From NCBI RefSeq assembly GCF_009914755.1, contig NC_060927.1: DNA of 64,000 nucleotides. One strand, given 5' to 3'. The stretch's first letter is position 1. Each line of letters opens with the position of its first letter. Of the stretch, positions 32,833 through 47,150 are shown in pieces. The position numbers and the translations under genes are program-made. The stretch is from the human T2T-CHM13v2.0 reference genome, Homo sapiens. Under the pieces are notes generated by a model that saw nothing but the letters and a program-made list of their open reading frames with translations, was not told the DNA's origin and ran no database searches.

Positions 32833-33141
32833 GGCCAGGAGTGTTGACTTATACTGTAATCCCAGCACTTTGGGAGGCTGAGGCAGGAGGATTGCATTTA
32901 GGCCAGGAGGTCGAGACCAGCCAGGACAACATAATGAGACACTTTCTCTATTAAAAAAAAAAAAAAAGCCAGGTGTGGGGGCATGCACCTGTAGTCCTAG
33001 CTATTCAGAAGACTGATGTGGGAGGATCACTTGAGCCCAGGAGTTCCAGACGGCAGGCTGCAGTGATCCATGATCTCACACTGCACTCCAGCTTGGGTAA
33101 CCAAGTGAGATGCTATTTCTAAAATAAATATTTTAAAAATA
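32833..33141 (+). mobile_element. Alu (AluJ-type)
   Basis: Alu body; flanking repeat AATAAAAATTAAT. Confidence 0.9.
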
Positions 33142-33509
33142 AATAAAAATTAATTAAATCTTCCTTCTGACCCATAGATGTGCTTTTTCTAATATTGGAA
33201 TTAGAATGGAATTAAGATATCATTAAGCCTCATCTCATCATTTTTCTGAAGATCACCATGAAGCACAGGGGGTGGGGTATATTTCCTTCCATGCAGTTAA
33301 TGACAGAGCAGAACCAGAGCCTTCTGCTGATGAACCCAGGGCTCTCTCTGCTACCTCACCATGCCAAACTCCAGGCCATCATACTGACACTGAACAAGAC
33401 TTGAAGGCTGCTCAGAGAGAAAGTATCTCCCTCCCTTAGCACAGAGAAGAATGGTTACTTCATTGCCACAAGTCATGTGGAAGCAAACAAATAGTATAGG
33501 CCTAGAACT

Positions 33510-33544
<35 letters not shown>

Positions 33545-33577
33545 TGAGTGAGTGAGAGAGAGAGAGAGAGAGAGAGA
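33510..33577. repeat. (GA)n microsatellite, interrupted
   Basis: Direct reading. Confidence 0.95.
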
Positions 33578-33692
33578 AAATACCTTACTTTGATTTATTT
33601 CTTTTTCTTCTTCTTAAACCATGACCCTGCGAGGAGATTATTGGTATCTGCCAGTTCTGAGAAAGAGGTGGATGGTTAGAGCTGGGGATTTA

Positions 33693-34199
<507 letters not shown>

Positions 34200-34269
34200 G
34201 AACAGAAAAGAAACTAAAAAAGTTTGGTGAAATCTTGTTTTATGTTCAAGACAAATAAAAAAGAAAATT

Positions 34270-35400
34270 TCAAAGATGAAGACCTCAAAAACACATGAGA
34301 CAAAACCAAAAATAGACAAATGGGACTTAATTAAACTAAACCACTTCTGACAGTAAAAGAAATAAGAGTGAAGAGACAACCCACAGAATGGGAGAAAATA
34401 TTTGCAGACTACACATTTGATAAAGGACTAATATATTCGAAATCTATAAGAAACTCAAATAACTCAACAACAATAACAAAATAACCCCATTAAAAAGTAG
34501 GCAAAGCACATGAACAGACATTCCCCAAAAGAGGATATACAAATGGCCAAAAAGCATATGAAAAAGTGCTCAACTACATTAATCAACAGAGAAATGCAAA
34601 TCAAAACCACACTGAGATACCATCTTACACCAGCACTTGTATCCCCTAAATCTATACAAATTAAAATTAAATTAAAAAGTCAAAAATAACAGATGTTGGT
34701 AAGAATGTGGAGAAAAGGGAATGCTTATACACTATTGATGGGAATGTAAATCAGCACAACCTCGATGGAAAACAGCACAGAGATTTCTCAAATAATTAAA
34801 AATAGAACTCTCATTCAATCCAGCAATCCCCACTACTGGGTATCTACCCAAAGGAAAAGTTCATTATATAAAAAAATACCTATATCCATATGTTTGTCAC
34901 AGTATTAGATTGGTGCAAAAGTAATTGCGGTTTTTGCCATTGAAAGTAATGGCAAAAACCGCAATTACTTTTGCACCAACTTAATACTATTCACATTAGC
35001 AAAGATATGCAATCAATCAACCTAAGTGTCCATCAATGGATGATTGAATAAAGAAAGCGTGGTTTTTATACACAATGAAATATTACTCAGCCATAAAAGA
35101 GAGTAAACTTATGTCTTCTGCAGCAACATGGATGGAACTGAAGGCCATCATCTTAAGTGAAGTAACTCAGAAAGTCAAATACTGCATGTTCTCACTTTTA
35201 AGTGGGAGCTAAATAATGTGTACACATGGGCATAGAGAGTGGAATAATAGACATTGGGGACAAGGAAGGGTGGGAGGGTGGGAGGGGGATAAGGGACGAG
35301 AAATCACTTAATGGGTACAATGTACACTCTTTGGGCAATGGCTACACAATATACTCAGGTAACACAATTGCACTTGTACCCCCTAAATCTAAAAAAAAAA
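34270..35400 (+). mobile_element. L1MA-type 3' fragment
   Basis: ORF2 C-terminal remnants and 3' end GCACTTGTACCCCCTAAATCT plus A tail. Confidence 0.85.
34905..34984. mobile_element. MADE1 mariner MITE (80 bp; miR-548-type hairpin)
   Basis: TA TSD, 37-bp TIRs containing a perfect 32-bp stem, 6-nt loop GAAAGT. Confidence 0.95.
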
Positions 35401-37154
35401 TTTTTAAAGAAAAGTTCAAGGTTGTATTTAAACATTTCTTCTTTTCTCTTTCTGTACTCAGTTTAGACTAGTCTGGCAGCATGAGCCACCTACTGGCCTC
35501 TCACTCTCTCCTCTGAACTGGGGTCAGTTGATTCCACAGGACAGTGGGGATGTCACCAAGAGACCCAGCTGGCAGCTGGCTTCTGGCTTTCCCTCCTTCT
35601 TCGAGCAATATTAACAATTTTAAAAGGAAATTCCCTCACATAGAAACTATACCTAGATTTTACAGGATCAAAATGACAATGGTTGAATTAAAAATAAAAA
35701 GAGACATTTAGAGAATAAACAGAAGCGGAAAAGATGAGGTCACCAATAACACTTGTTTCTTCTTCCCATCTTTTTAATTCCTCTATCTTGGACAGCAAAA
35801 TGCTTGGTTGCTAAGTTCACTAATTCATAAAGAATGCTCTTGTTCTGACACAGCGCCAAGTACACCATAGACATTGATTAAACATTTATTGAATGATTAT
35901 TATGGGCCAGTACTGAACTATTTCTCAAATACATTTTCTCATTTAGTTTAATCCCCTCAAAAACTTTATGAAATACTATGATTCCCATATCACAGATAAG
36001 AGCATACAAAATTTTAGAAACTGATCGAAATGCCTCTATCTGGTAATTCTCGTAACACCATTTTAAAAAAGCGGCTCAGTATGGTTTTCCCATGTTTGCA
36101 GTGAAAAGAAAAAAAGAAAAGATGTACAGTCACATCAAAATTATAAACTCTGTACCTAAAATCAAAATTTCAAATTCATAGGCTTCTCACCAAATGTAGT
36201 TCACTCTAAATAGAATTTACTCGGGGCTACTCCAAAACCGCAGGCTGAGTAATACCATCCAAATTTGCAATGATTACAAATTAGTCTATTTTGTTGAGTG
36301 TATGAAAAGGTGAGTAAATTATGCTATTATTCTGCTCCCAATTTCTACAATAATTGGAATAGTCAGAAGAGTACAGTAGATCAGAGATCAAAATATCACC
36401 CTTATGATGGATGTAGCATAGAAGTGTGACAACGATAATCTTCCTAATACCCAATCTCAGAATTGGATAGAATCTCCAGGCTTCTCCCTGTGCCTCCCTA
36501 AACCCCACTCCTGATCTTTAGGGGCAGAGTCTGCCCTTATCCAGCTGATGGCATGGAGGACAGAATGAAGAATAAAGAGTGTCCTTGGCAGGCAGGCAAA
36601 TCCCAAAGACAAAGGAAAGGAGGAAGAAGCTGAGCTATGCACGCCCAGTTCCTCAGTCCAACCTCACAACCAGCAAAGGCATTCCCTTCCTCTGAGGGGG
36701 TGGAGACAGGGCAGAAGTGATATGCTAATTCTTATCCCTCCTTGTGGAAACTCCAAGTCCCAAAAAGGAGGTATCACCATCCTACCCATCCACCCGCCGA
36801 CATATATCCTGTGTGACCAGACTGTGATCTATTCCATCCTTTTCATTTGGGGCATGTTGGGCCTCAAGCACTTCACAACATGATTATTTTATTCCTAACG
36901 GTCAGTAGCGAATAAGACGTAAAATGACATAGTTCTGCTGTGGGTAAACTCAAGGTTTTGAAAAGGAAAAACTTCATTGTCACTTGCATTATATATGTAA
37001 AGTACACAAATACATGTATAGATATGTAAATTCTATATCTAAAAAGGAAAAAAATGCCCAATGGTGACACAGCATTAAATGATTTAATAGCTAAGGATTT
37101 TATTTACATCTCAGAATAAAGAAATGCCAAAAGCTGATTCACTGCACCACAGTG

Positions 37155-37165
37155 ATGACTCAGCA
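37155..37165 (+). promoter_or_regulatory. Consensus NF-E2/NRF2-sMAF (ARE/MARE) site
   Basis: ATGACTCAGCA exact match in non-repeat DNA; function untested. Confidence 0.4.
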
Positions 37166-38214
37166 GGTAGGCAGGAAGAGGAAGGAGCAAGCCAAAAAAG
37201 GGGTGGGGGAGGTGAAGCAGGTTCTGCGTTTGATAACAACAGCCCCCGTTTTTAAATATTTCTGAAAGAGGAGAGGGAAAAAGTCAAAATTAACAATAAC
37301 TTTGTTGCCCCACAAAGCCTCTCCTTCTTTCCTACCCACTCTAGGAAATTAGGAAAGTGCACGCTGGAGGAGTCCCATTGAAAATGTCGGCTCTTCCACT
37401 GCTGTAGGCAGTTTAGGTCTAGCGGTTAACTTCTGAGATTTGGAACCCTCACTACCAAGTTCCATTTCTAAAGGCCATTAGAATTTCATAATAAAACACT
37501 GGATATAACATTTCTGTTATTCCTTAGTTCCTTAGCAATAAAATCAAGACATTTAATTTTGCAAATCTGACCCTTAAACAACTCTTATGAAAACATTTAC
37601 TCCCAACTGACCGCAAAAGATACCAGCCCAGCCTCCGACATTCATCTCAGTCACTTTGTATCAGGGGCGCACACAGAATTCCCTCCCTGAGTTTATGTCA
37701 TTTCTCTTGGTTCAAACTCCTCACTAGAAATGAAGCACAAAACACTATATATTTATTGACAGCCTGGTGGCTCATAGCTTGCACCAAGCTGGTTTGTTTA
37801 GAAGAACAAACTAAATAGGGTCCTTGACTTCATGGTGTGTACAGCACAGAAGACCTTTCTGACTTTCACCTGTCCAGACCTCAGTTGTTTTCAAGGATTT
37901 CATTCCCAAGCCAATACATTCCATGGGGATCTCCCTCCTTTGTTCCTCAGATAATCAACTGCCTGCATTCTCAGCACTTCACGTATTCTAAGTTCTTGAA
38001 TTAAACCACCTAAAGGCTCTAGCTCCTTCAAATCAAAAACACTCATAAAGGGGGCCTGAATAATGTTTGGTCCTCCTTCTCTTATTGTGAGGATTTTAAC
38101 CTGGGTTATATCTTACGGTGTCCATAAAGGGCTTTGAGGATTGGGGTGGGAGAGGTCTGTGTGTCTATCCCCTGATGTACTTATGTGCAAATTTGTGTGT
38201 GTATGCTAATATTC

Positions 38215-38602
38215 TGTATTAGTCCATTCTTGCACTGCTATAAAGAAATACCTGAGACTGTGTAATTTAAAAAGAAAAGAGGTTTAGTTGACTCACTGTG
38301 CCACAGGCTGTACAGGTAGCATGGCTGGGGAGGCCTCAGGAAACTTTCAATCATGGCTGAGGGCAAAGGGGAAGCGGGCACGTCTTACATAGTGGGAGCA
38401 AAGAAAGAAGGAGAGGGGAGAGGAGAGGTGCTACACACCTTTAAACAACCAGATCTTGTGAGAAATCATTATCTCAGGAACAAGGGGTAAATCCAGCTCC
38501 ATGATCCAATCAGCTCCCAGTTCACACCATGCCCCACCTCCAACATTGAGGATTACAACGCGACATGAGATTTGGGTGGGGACACAAATTCAAACCATAT
38601 CA
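38215..38602 (-). mobile_element. MSTA-type MaLR solo LTR
   Basis: TGTATTAGTCCATTCT...CAAACCATATCA. Confidence 0.88.
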
Positions 38603-39065
38603 GTGCTGTTTTCTGAAAAAGCACGCAAAACTTTCATCGGATTCTCAAAGGAATGTTGGAACCCAGATCTTCTGCTTTACTAAGGTTTAAGCAATTATAT
38701 CACTTTCTCAATCATTTCAATGAGCCTGGACATTCATTTGACTTCAGCTCTACTTTCTAACAACAAAGAATGTGATTTCCAGCAACATGTTCTTATTTTT
38801 AAATGTCATTTAAAAATGTAAATGTAAAGTTCAATGGAAGTTACAACAGAAATTTTTGCCTATCTTAATATGTAAATTGCCCAAGGGCTCAGACCAGTTT
38901 CGTTTCATTTTACACTGCATGGTGGAGGAGAAACTTCAGCACTTAAATAGAATGAGCAGTAATTAAGTCTCACAAGTTACAGTGAGAATTGTAGCCATTA
39001 GTGCCAAACACTGAAGCTGAAAATTATTGAAATATGTATTTAATAGAACTGTCTTGTCGCTGTAC

Positions 39066-39288
39066 TTTTTTTTTGAGACAAAGTTTTGTTTTGTTGCCCA
39101 GGATGGAGTGCAGTGGTACAACTTTGGCTCACTGCACCCTCTGCCTCTCCTGAGTAGCTGGTATTACAGGCACGTGCCACCATGGCCGGCTAATTTTTGG
39201 ATTTTTAGTAGAGACAGGGTCTCACCATATTGGCTAGGCTGATCATGAACTCCTGACCTTAAGGGATCCACCTGTCTTGGCCTCCCAA
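39066..39288 (-). mobile_element. Alu, truncated and internally deleted
   Basis: Reverse Alu segments. Confidence 0.85.
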
Positions 39289-41567
39289 TCATTCTACTTT
39301 TTTGTTATTCAATACTTACATTACTTTAAGACTACAAGAAAGAGACTCAAATTTCCAGAAAGAGAAGTACCCATCTCCCCCAAAAAAATAAAATTCTCAA
39401 TCTTACAGTTAAACATTCCTAAACACCTTTTGTATTCTAGCTGGCTTTTGGCATAATAGAAACAGCTGCAGCAACAGTACACATTTCTACTGGGGGAGCC
39501 TTCAATAAATATTTAAAAAAATGAATAAATATTTTCTCCTCAGATTATCATAGTTATAGTTATAAAAACCTAGGTAGAGAAGGAAGAAAAAAAAATCCAC
39601 TTCATTTTATGATTGCCTTTTGGACATTTTCCATTTTGTGTGTAATCATAGCGCACAAGCAGAAGGAATACATTTGGGAAGTTAAATAAGATCTTTGTAA
39701 TCCAAACCCATGCAGGAAAAAGGATGCCTGTAGCTTTAAACAGAGAAAGGAAATGATTCCAAAATCAAACTGCTGAAGAAAAAACACTGCCAAAACCATG
39801 CATAATAAGACGTTTACAGTTCTTAAATAAGAGATATAATATAAAATTTAAAATTAGATATAATAAACATTTTCATGTTAATTCTGTGACCCCCTTCAAT
39901 GTCAACATATGGCTTTACTGCTGTTCTCATTGTATAGATGGAATGAAACGGAAAAATAATACACCCAAGATAGAGAGGACACTAATAACAGAAAGCAAAA
40001 TACAGTCAAGGGATAAATACACATTCACTTCACAGAGATATGGGTGCAAATTCCATTAGAAACATAAAATGCCATCATAATACATGTCTCTCAAGGTGAG
40101 CACTATTAGGAAAAGCCAGTGCAATATTTCACTTTATCACCTTTAAAATGTTGGAATAAGAAAGAAGATAGCTCCTTGGATTTTGTACTCCAAAGTACTA
40201 CAAAGCATTAGGACAACTAAAAAGCCAAACAGAAAAACAGAGTTTTTCTTAAAATTAAGGCTATACTAACATAGTAACATACCCAGAGACGACACCACTG
40301 CAAACTACACAGTATAATAATTAGAAATGGGAATACTAGCATTCTCCAATTTTTTACACTTTATGATTTCTGGATTTGTACACACTTAAATCCCCATTTC
40401 CAATGTGATCACTATTTATTCTCTAGCTTTTAATTTTTGGTTTCCTAAATGAAGAACAATACAATTCAGGAACAAGATAGCAAGTTGACACTGTGCTGCA
40501 CCCGTCACATAATGGTTTCCAAAAAAGATCTGCTAAATGATATAAATTCAGTGAAACAAAGGTGTTTAAATAGACTAACTCACTGAATTTATTCACCAGT
40601 TCCATTAAAGGAAAGAGGTGAATGGTTAAGTGAAAACAAATCTCTTTCAGTTTCCCTTCATTTTTCCAGACATTTATTTTTATGGCTGCATCAATTGTGC
40701 ACATCGAGACTTATAAAGCACTATAAGAAGAGTGTCAATCATAAGCTAAAGGGAGCAGAGGTTTCAAGGTGGTATTTGAGAAGGGAAACCAAGAGGTGAA
40801 GTTGAGAATTACAGAAACTAGGCAACCTCATATAATAAATTACCAGGGAGAGCCAAGCGTAACAGAAAGAACTGGAGGAAGATGACAGGGAAGAGAGATC
40901 AAATAAAATGCTAATGTGCCCCAAGGGTTATGGAACTACATGGTGAAGGGTATGTTTAGATAAGCTAGAGAGAGTTCATTGTAAATTTGGAGTTCACAGT
41001 ATAAGATGACAGAAATAAAGAGATAAGTGCCTGAGTATCTAAATTGATGACGAATGCATTCTCGGGCAATCCCACAGAGGTATGGAGAATACACTGATAC
41101 CCTGTGGTTCTCTAGAGGCCTGAAAGACTTAATATGTTGCACAGGGGGTACATATGCTATGTACTTTGGTCACCTCTAGGACCAGAGCCATCAACACCAC
41201 CCCTGTCACCATCATTACTGGGCTCTCTCTCTCCATTCCATAGCTGTTTCCAGGTATGTAATTACCTCCATCTCTCTCAATTTACTGCCACTTAACTGCT
41301 TCAAGTCTGTGGGGAGCAATTATTAAATCCTATCCCAAAATTGCTAAATGATCCCCCAGGAATTGAGAAAAGTTATTCCCATTCTGAGTAAAACAGTGTA
41401 TCTCCTTGCTGTCCATAGAAATAGGCTCAGGAGAGACCCAATCAACATCTTGACAATCATCCACAGGTGCATTCATTCATCCTTTCATTCAATGAATAAA
41501 GATTTTTTGAGCACTAACTATATGTTAGGCTTTGGGACATTGAGGATATAGAGTTAAAAAGCAAGTC

Positions 41568-41692
41568 TCTGGTGGTGCACACCTGCAGTCCCAGCTACTG
41601 GGGAGGCTGAGGCAGAAGGATGGCTTGAGCCCAGGAATTTGAGTCCAGGCAGGGCAACATGCCGAGACTCGTCTCTAAAAAAAAAAAAAAAC
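41568..41692 (+). mobile_element. Alu monomer (FLAM-like)
   Basis: GGTGGTGCACACCTGCAGTCCCAGCTAC...GTCTCT plus A tail. Confidence 0.85.
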
Positions 41693-42689
41693 AAACCCAA
41701 GTCTCTCCTCTCAAGGAACTCGGAATCTAGAGGGGAGATAGGCTCACCAACAATAACAATACAATATGGGAATCATTGCTAGATGGAGACCCAGATCTGT
41801 TGGAAGCATTGGGAAGACTATAAGGAGAATCAGAAAAGGCAAGACAAGTGTAGTAGATGAATGAATGACTCCAAAGGATGGGTAGAAATTTGCCCTGGCG
41901 ATAAACAGATGAAAGATTTTCCAGAAAGACCATACAATTTTAGTTATAGTGAAAAAGTAAATTATCATTGCCAAATATTATTTAAAAGTTATCGTTCCAT
42001 CATTTCCTCAAAGGTGTTCACCTCATTTTTTGGCTTGTGGTCTCACAGGATTTTAAACTATCATTATGAATATTTATTAGAACCACGTAGTGGATGCGGC
42101 CCTTTCCCTTACCCCACGTGTCACTCTCACCAGATGGCCTTATCAATGTCCCTGGGCTCCATCGCTTCCTTCAGCCTGAGACCTTGCCTACATTATAAAC
42201 ACTGTGACTTTCCCCTGTTTCTCTGTCCTGGTCCAGTGCAACAGCTCTGATTTCAAGCCCACTCTCTTCTATTTCTCATGGCTAAAAAGAAAGAAAAGTA
42301 GAAGACAGCTTTCCCTTTGGGCCCTTCATAACTACTTAGCATGTGTAACAGGAGATTGAATTCGCACATTCTTATCCCCTTGAGTCAGCCCACCCTGATC
42401 AAATTCGAAAGACTTTCCTGGTTCCTGTTTCCTCAATCTTTTATCCCACCGTGCACATGACAGGTGATAGTCACGTGGGAGGGTCCAGATTCTTGTGAAC
42501 CTGGCCCCTAAATTTTGTGGGGGAAGTTAAAGACTCTTAATAAGTTTTTGTGGTCACGACCCCTAAGGTAACATGAGTAATAGTAGATCACTACAGGTGT
42601 AACACAAACGTTATACATAATGCTCAATTGCTAGCAGGATAGCTGTAACTATCCCACTCTCTCCTACACACACAAAAAAACATGTTTAA

Positions 42690-43023
<334 letters not shown>

Positions 43024-44289
43024 CAGAGTGACTTTTATATATGTAATTTATATAGATAATCTAAACTCTGCCATAATTAATATATAGTTAGTGTACTCAA
43101 AAACACAGCATTTAAAATATTGAATAATATTATGTATTATTAGACCCATCTAACCAGTGGTTATTCTACTCCAGTCTGCCTGAAACCAAAGCTGGTTGGG
43201 AAACCCTGTGCTAAGAGATAAAGGGCTGATGTGTCAGCCTTGTTTGCTGCATTTCAGTTGCCTCTAATCGAAATGCTTTCCCTGCATGGTATATTGGGCA
43301 GCAAGGACCACACACTTTATGTCTTGGTCATATTGAAAGAGGGAGAAAGGGAGAGTGAGAGATTGAGAGAGCAGGCAGCGCTAAAGCTGAAAACGGTTAA
43401 CCATCTCCTTTCATCTGGAAGAAGAGAAGTGAGAGACAGGTGGTGGGAAATGAGGAGGAAAGGACTTGTAACTATTCAGCATCTTAATTCTCAAAACCAG
43501 TCACTGAACTAGGTGCTGTTATTATCCCATTTTACAGGCTTGTGGGAGGCTAGAAACTTGTGTAAGAGCACTGAGTTAGTCATGGGACAGCCTTGAACCT
43601 TTCTGGCTCCAAATACCATTCCTGTGAAAGCCAACCTCCTGGAGAACAGGTAGACTCAGGAAGTCTCCCACTAGGCTTCAGACCACTGTGCTATTTTATT
43701 TCTAAATGCCTCCATACCCTTGGCAGGAACCCGAAGAGCGGAAGTCAGCTTATTTCCCGTTATTCATTCACTTTCTGACTGCTCTCATAACTTCGCCCAA
43801 ATCAATAGGCTTACCTCCTCCCGGTGCAACTTTTCACCACCTGGCAAACTCCAGATAAGCCAAGGCTCCCTTTATTGACATTACGAAGGAAGTAGTTAGA
43901 AACCCAGACAGGTTTATGTTTGTATCAGCCTATTAGATTTATTTGTTTTATAAAAATAGTAAGCATACATTCATATTTTAAGTTGAAAACTTTAATTTTT
44001 TTAATTCCAATTATTGTATTACTATGTCTACCACAGTAAGGAAAGTAAGCCTCCAAATATTCACTTTTACCTACAAATTAGAGCTTGTTCAACTTCTAAA
44101 GTCTTCACAAATTTCTGTATCAAATGCTTTTGGTAAATAAAATAACCGATGAAAGCTTAAATTTTCTCATAATGCTAAACAGACAAAATTTTAATAAAAT
44201 AAGTCTTCTATAAATATACAGTAGGATTTTAAAAAGAAAATGTCCATCTTTTTCTGAGTTGTACTAAATATATATTTTAATCATGATTG

Positions 44290-44470
44290 TGAGGCAGTAG
44301 AGGTAAAACACATGGACTCTGGAGCCAGAATGTAAGCATTTGAAATCTGACTCTGCCCATTTTTAAGCTCTATTACCTTAGGAAAGTTACTTGACTTCTC
44401 TGAACATAGTTAAGTAAGCTAATACTTAGAGCAGTGTCTGGTATGCACCCAACAAGTCTTAGCTGTTATT
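44290..44470 (+). mobile_element. MIR
   Basis: GGACTCTGGAGCCAGA...ACCTTAGGAAAGTTACTTGACTTCTCTG. Confidence 0.65.
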
Positions 44471-45356
44471 AACCTGGAGGGAGTAATTATGACAAGCAGT
44501 CCCTCTCATTTAACTGGGAATTCTTGGAAAGTGAGAATACGTAATACACAAATTGCCTCCAAATGTAATGAAATTTTAATAATACTAAATCTAACAATTA
44601 ATGAATATGACATAGTACATTTCAGAGACGTTTCATTAAACATTTATTGCTTCAATCTTGCAGCTTTCTTTCAGTATTCTGAGCCACTGTTTTTTTTTTC
44701 TTCTGTTCTTAAGTATTTTCATTGGCCCTTAAAAACTGTATGGGCCCTAAGTACTGTGTCTGCAGAACTCGACGGATAAAATGGCCTTAGCCAGAGTAAA
44801 CGGGACGGCTGTGAACTCTAACCTTTCCAAGCCCCAAATGCCATTCCTGTGATAGTCTGCCTCTTGGAGAATATTTTCCTCAGCAAGTGTTTGGAAAGGT
44901 TTCTAGACATTTTCGAAAGGTTACTAAACAGCATTTGAAAGATAGGAGAGTAAGGCAAAATCCCAGATATTATTGATGAGCCAAAATTTTAAAATTACTG
45001 CTGGAAAAGCTCACTGTTTGTACCAAATCCTGGGCCAACACTGACCCTCCAATTGGGCACAGATAGAAGAAACAGTGATTTGGTAGAAGGTTGGAATTGG
45101 CATGGATCCAAGAGGGAATGTCCTTTTGAGTAGAATGGGACTGCTCCTTGAGAGACATGTGAGTAACACGTCATTTTGATTCCAGAGTGTTCAGTCTAAT
45201 GTGTTTAGAGAATAAAATTAAGTTTTTACCTCAATATATAAAATGGGCCAAATATTATTTAATATTTCAAAGGGTTTGAATTTCAAATACTGTTATGTAG
45301 AAAAACCTATAAGAAGGAACATGAGAAATGGCTGCTGTTATTTTTAAATTCTAAGG

Positions 45357-46989
45357 CAGTGGCTCTCAAAGTGTGGAATGCTTTGTGTCATGAGACCACT
45401 CTGTAAGTGTGACAATGAGGGCAACAATATTTCAAAATAATCCCAGGACACCGTTTGTCTCTTCCACTGTGCTTATATTTGCCTGTTGAAAATTACATTG
45501 CAAAAGCAATGGTGGGTAAAACTGTTGATACCTTAGCATGAACTACAGCAGGGGTACCACACTGACTAACAGTGACTCAATCAGAAAAGGAAAAAAATAC
45601 AAGAAAAACCAGTTTCACTCAAGAATGTCCTCAATGAAGCAGTAAGAATTTTTAATCTTATTAGATCTCAACCCTTCAGTACATCTTTTTTATATTATGT
45701 ATGATATAATGGGAAGTAAACATAAGTGCTTCTGCAGCTTAACAAAGTATACTGGTTTTCATGAGGAAACGTACATAAGTATTTGAATTACAAATGTGTG
45801 CTTTTTTCATGGAACACTATTTTTTCTTGAAAAAAACTGACAACAAACTACAGTGTTCATAGTTGGGCATTTGGCAAGCATTTTTGCAAAAAATGGATGG
45901 AGGGAATCTGTCACTTCAAGGAAAACAATAAACCAGCTTGATAAATTTCAAGATTTTCAAGCTAAAATTAGAATTTTGAAAAATCTGCATTTGCTACCAT
46001 GAGCTTGGCCTCTTCTCAGTACTCAAAGACTTTTCTGGTGAGATTGGTGGAGATATTAATGAAAATGATATTTTGATATTATATAATACAATGAGTTGAC
46101 ATTTGGAAGACCTACATAATTCAGTGAACCATTGTTTGCCAAATGACCAATACATGATATTATGCATCTATTCAAAATAAAAAATAGACCAGCGGCTATT
46201 AATATAACAGAGTATGAAACTTCTTTGATTTGGCCTAAAATGACACATTGCAGCTAACTTCTTAAAAAAAATCATTTGTCAAATTTTCATAAAGTAGCAA
46301 AGAATGATATCCTCAATTATCTGAAAAAGCTATGAAAATACTCTCCCCTTTCCATTTACGTAACTCCATGAGGCTATTTTTTCTTCATATACTTCAAAAT
46401 AATATATCACAACAGATATAATGCAGAAGCAGATATGAGAATCTAGTTATCTTCTATTAATTCAGGTATTTAAAACACTTGCAGATATGTAAAACAATGC
46501 CACTCTTCTCACTTTTTTTTTAGAAAACCAAATTATTTTTTATGAAAATATATCACTTATGTTAACATGTAATGGGTTTTTAAATTTAAATTAATAACTA
46601 ATTATCTAAGACTTTCTTAGTTTTAATGTCTACTATAAAATGTAGGTAGATATAACCCAAATAAACAAAATCTGTGTGATCCTCAATAATTTTTCATTTT
46701 TATTTTTATTTATTTATTTATTTATTCATTTTGAGACAGAGTCTTGCACTGTCGCCCAGGCTGGAGTGCAGTGGTACCATCATGGCATACTACAGTCTCC
46801 ACCCCCTGTGCTCAAGTGATCCTCCCACCTCAGCCTCCCAAGTAGCTGAGGCTACAGGCATGCACCACCATGGCTGGCTAATTTTTTTATTTTTTTGTAG
46901 CAACAGGTGTTTTTCTGTGTTCCTCAGGCTGCTCAACAATTTCTATGATTCAAAAAGAGCCCTATGACCAAAACTTTTGAGAACTGCTG
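45357..46989. mobile_element. Charlie1a-like hAT DNA transposon (with nested Alu)
   Basis: TIRs CAGTGGCTCTCAAAG / TTTTGAGAACTGCTG; internal GCAAAAGCAATGGTGGGTAAAACTG; about 1.4 kb after removing the Alu. Confidence 0.82.
46693..46931 (-). mobile_element. Alu (AluJ-type), 5' truncated, nested in Charlie1
   Basis: TSD CTCAA(T/C)AATTT at 46682-46692 and 46932-46942. Confidence 0.9.
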
Positions 46990-47150
46990 TAGTTAAATAT
47001 GTTTGTTCTAAGCCAGCAGTCATTGTGACATCAGCAGCAGGTCAATGATTACCATATGAAAGATTCCATGCAGTTGACTATTATTTCACAGAGCTCTCTG
47101 GTTGGGCTGCTCTATAAGAAGCTAATCACCTAACAGTGTCTATTGCTGTG
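46990..47150 (+). promoter_or_regulatory. Putative CCDC54 proximal promoter
   Basis: CRE variant TGACATCA at 47026-47033 and TATA-like TATAAG at 47113-47118, in unique DNA upstream of the ORF. Confidence 0.5.

Noticed and set aside
41861-42250. 129-aa ORF
   Set aside because: No recognisable homology or coding-like composition; begins in degenerate repeat-like sequence
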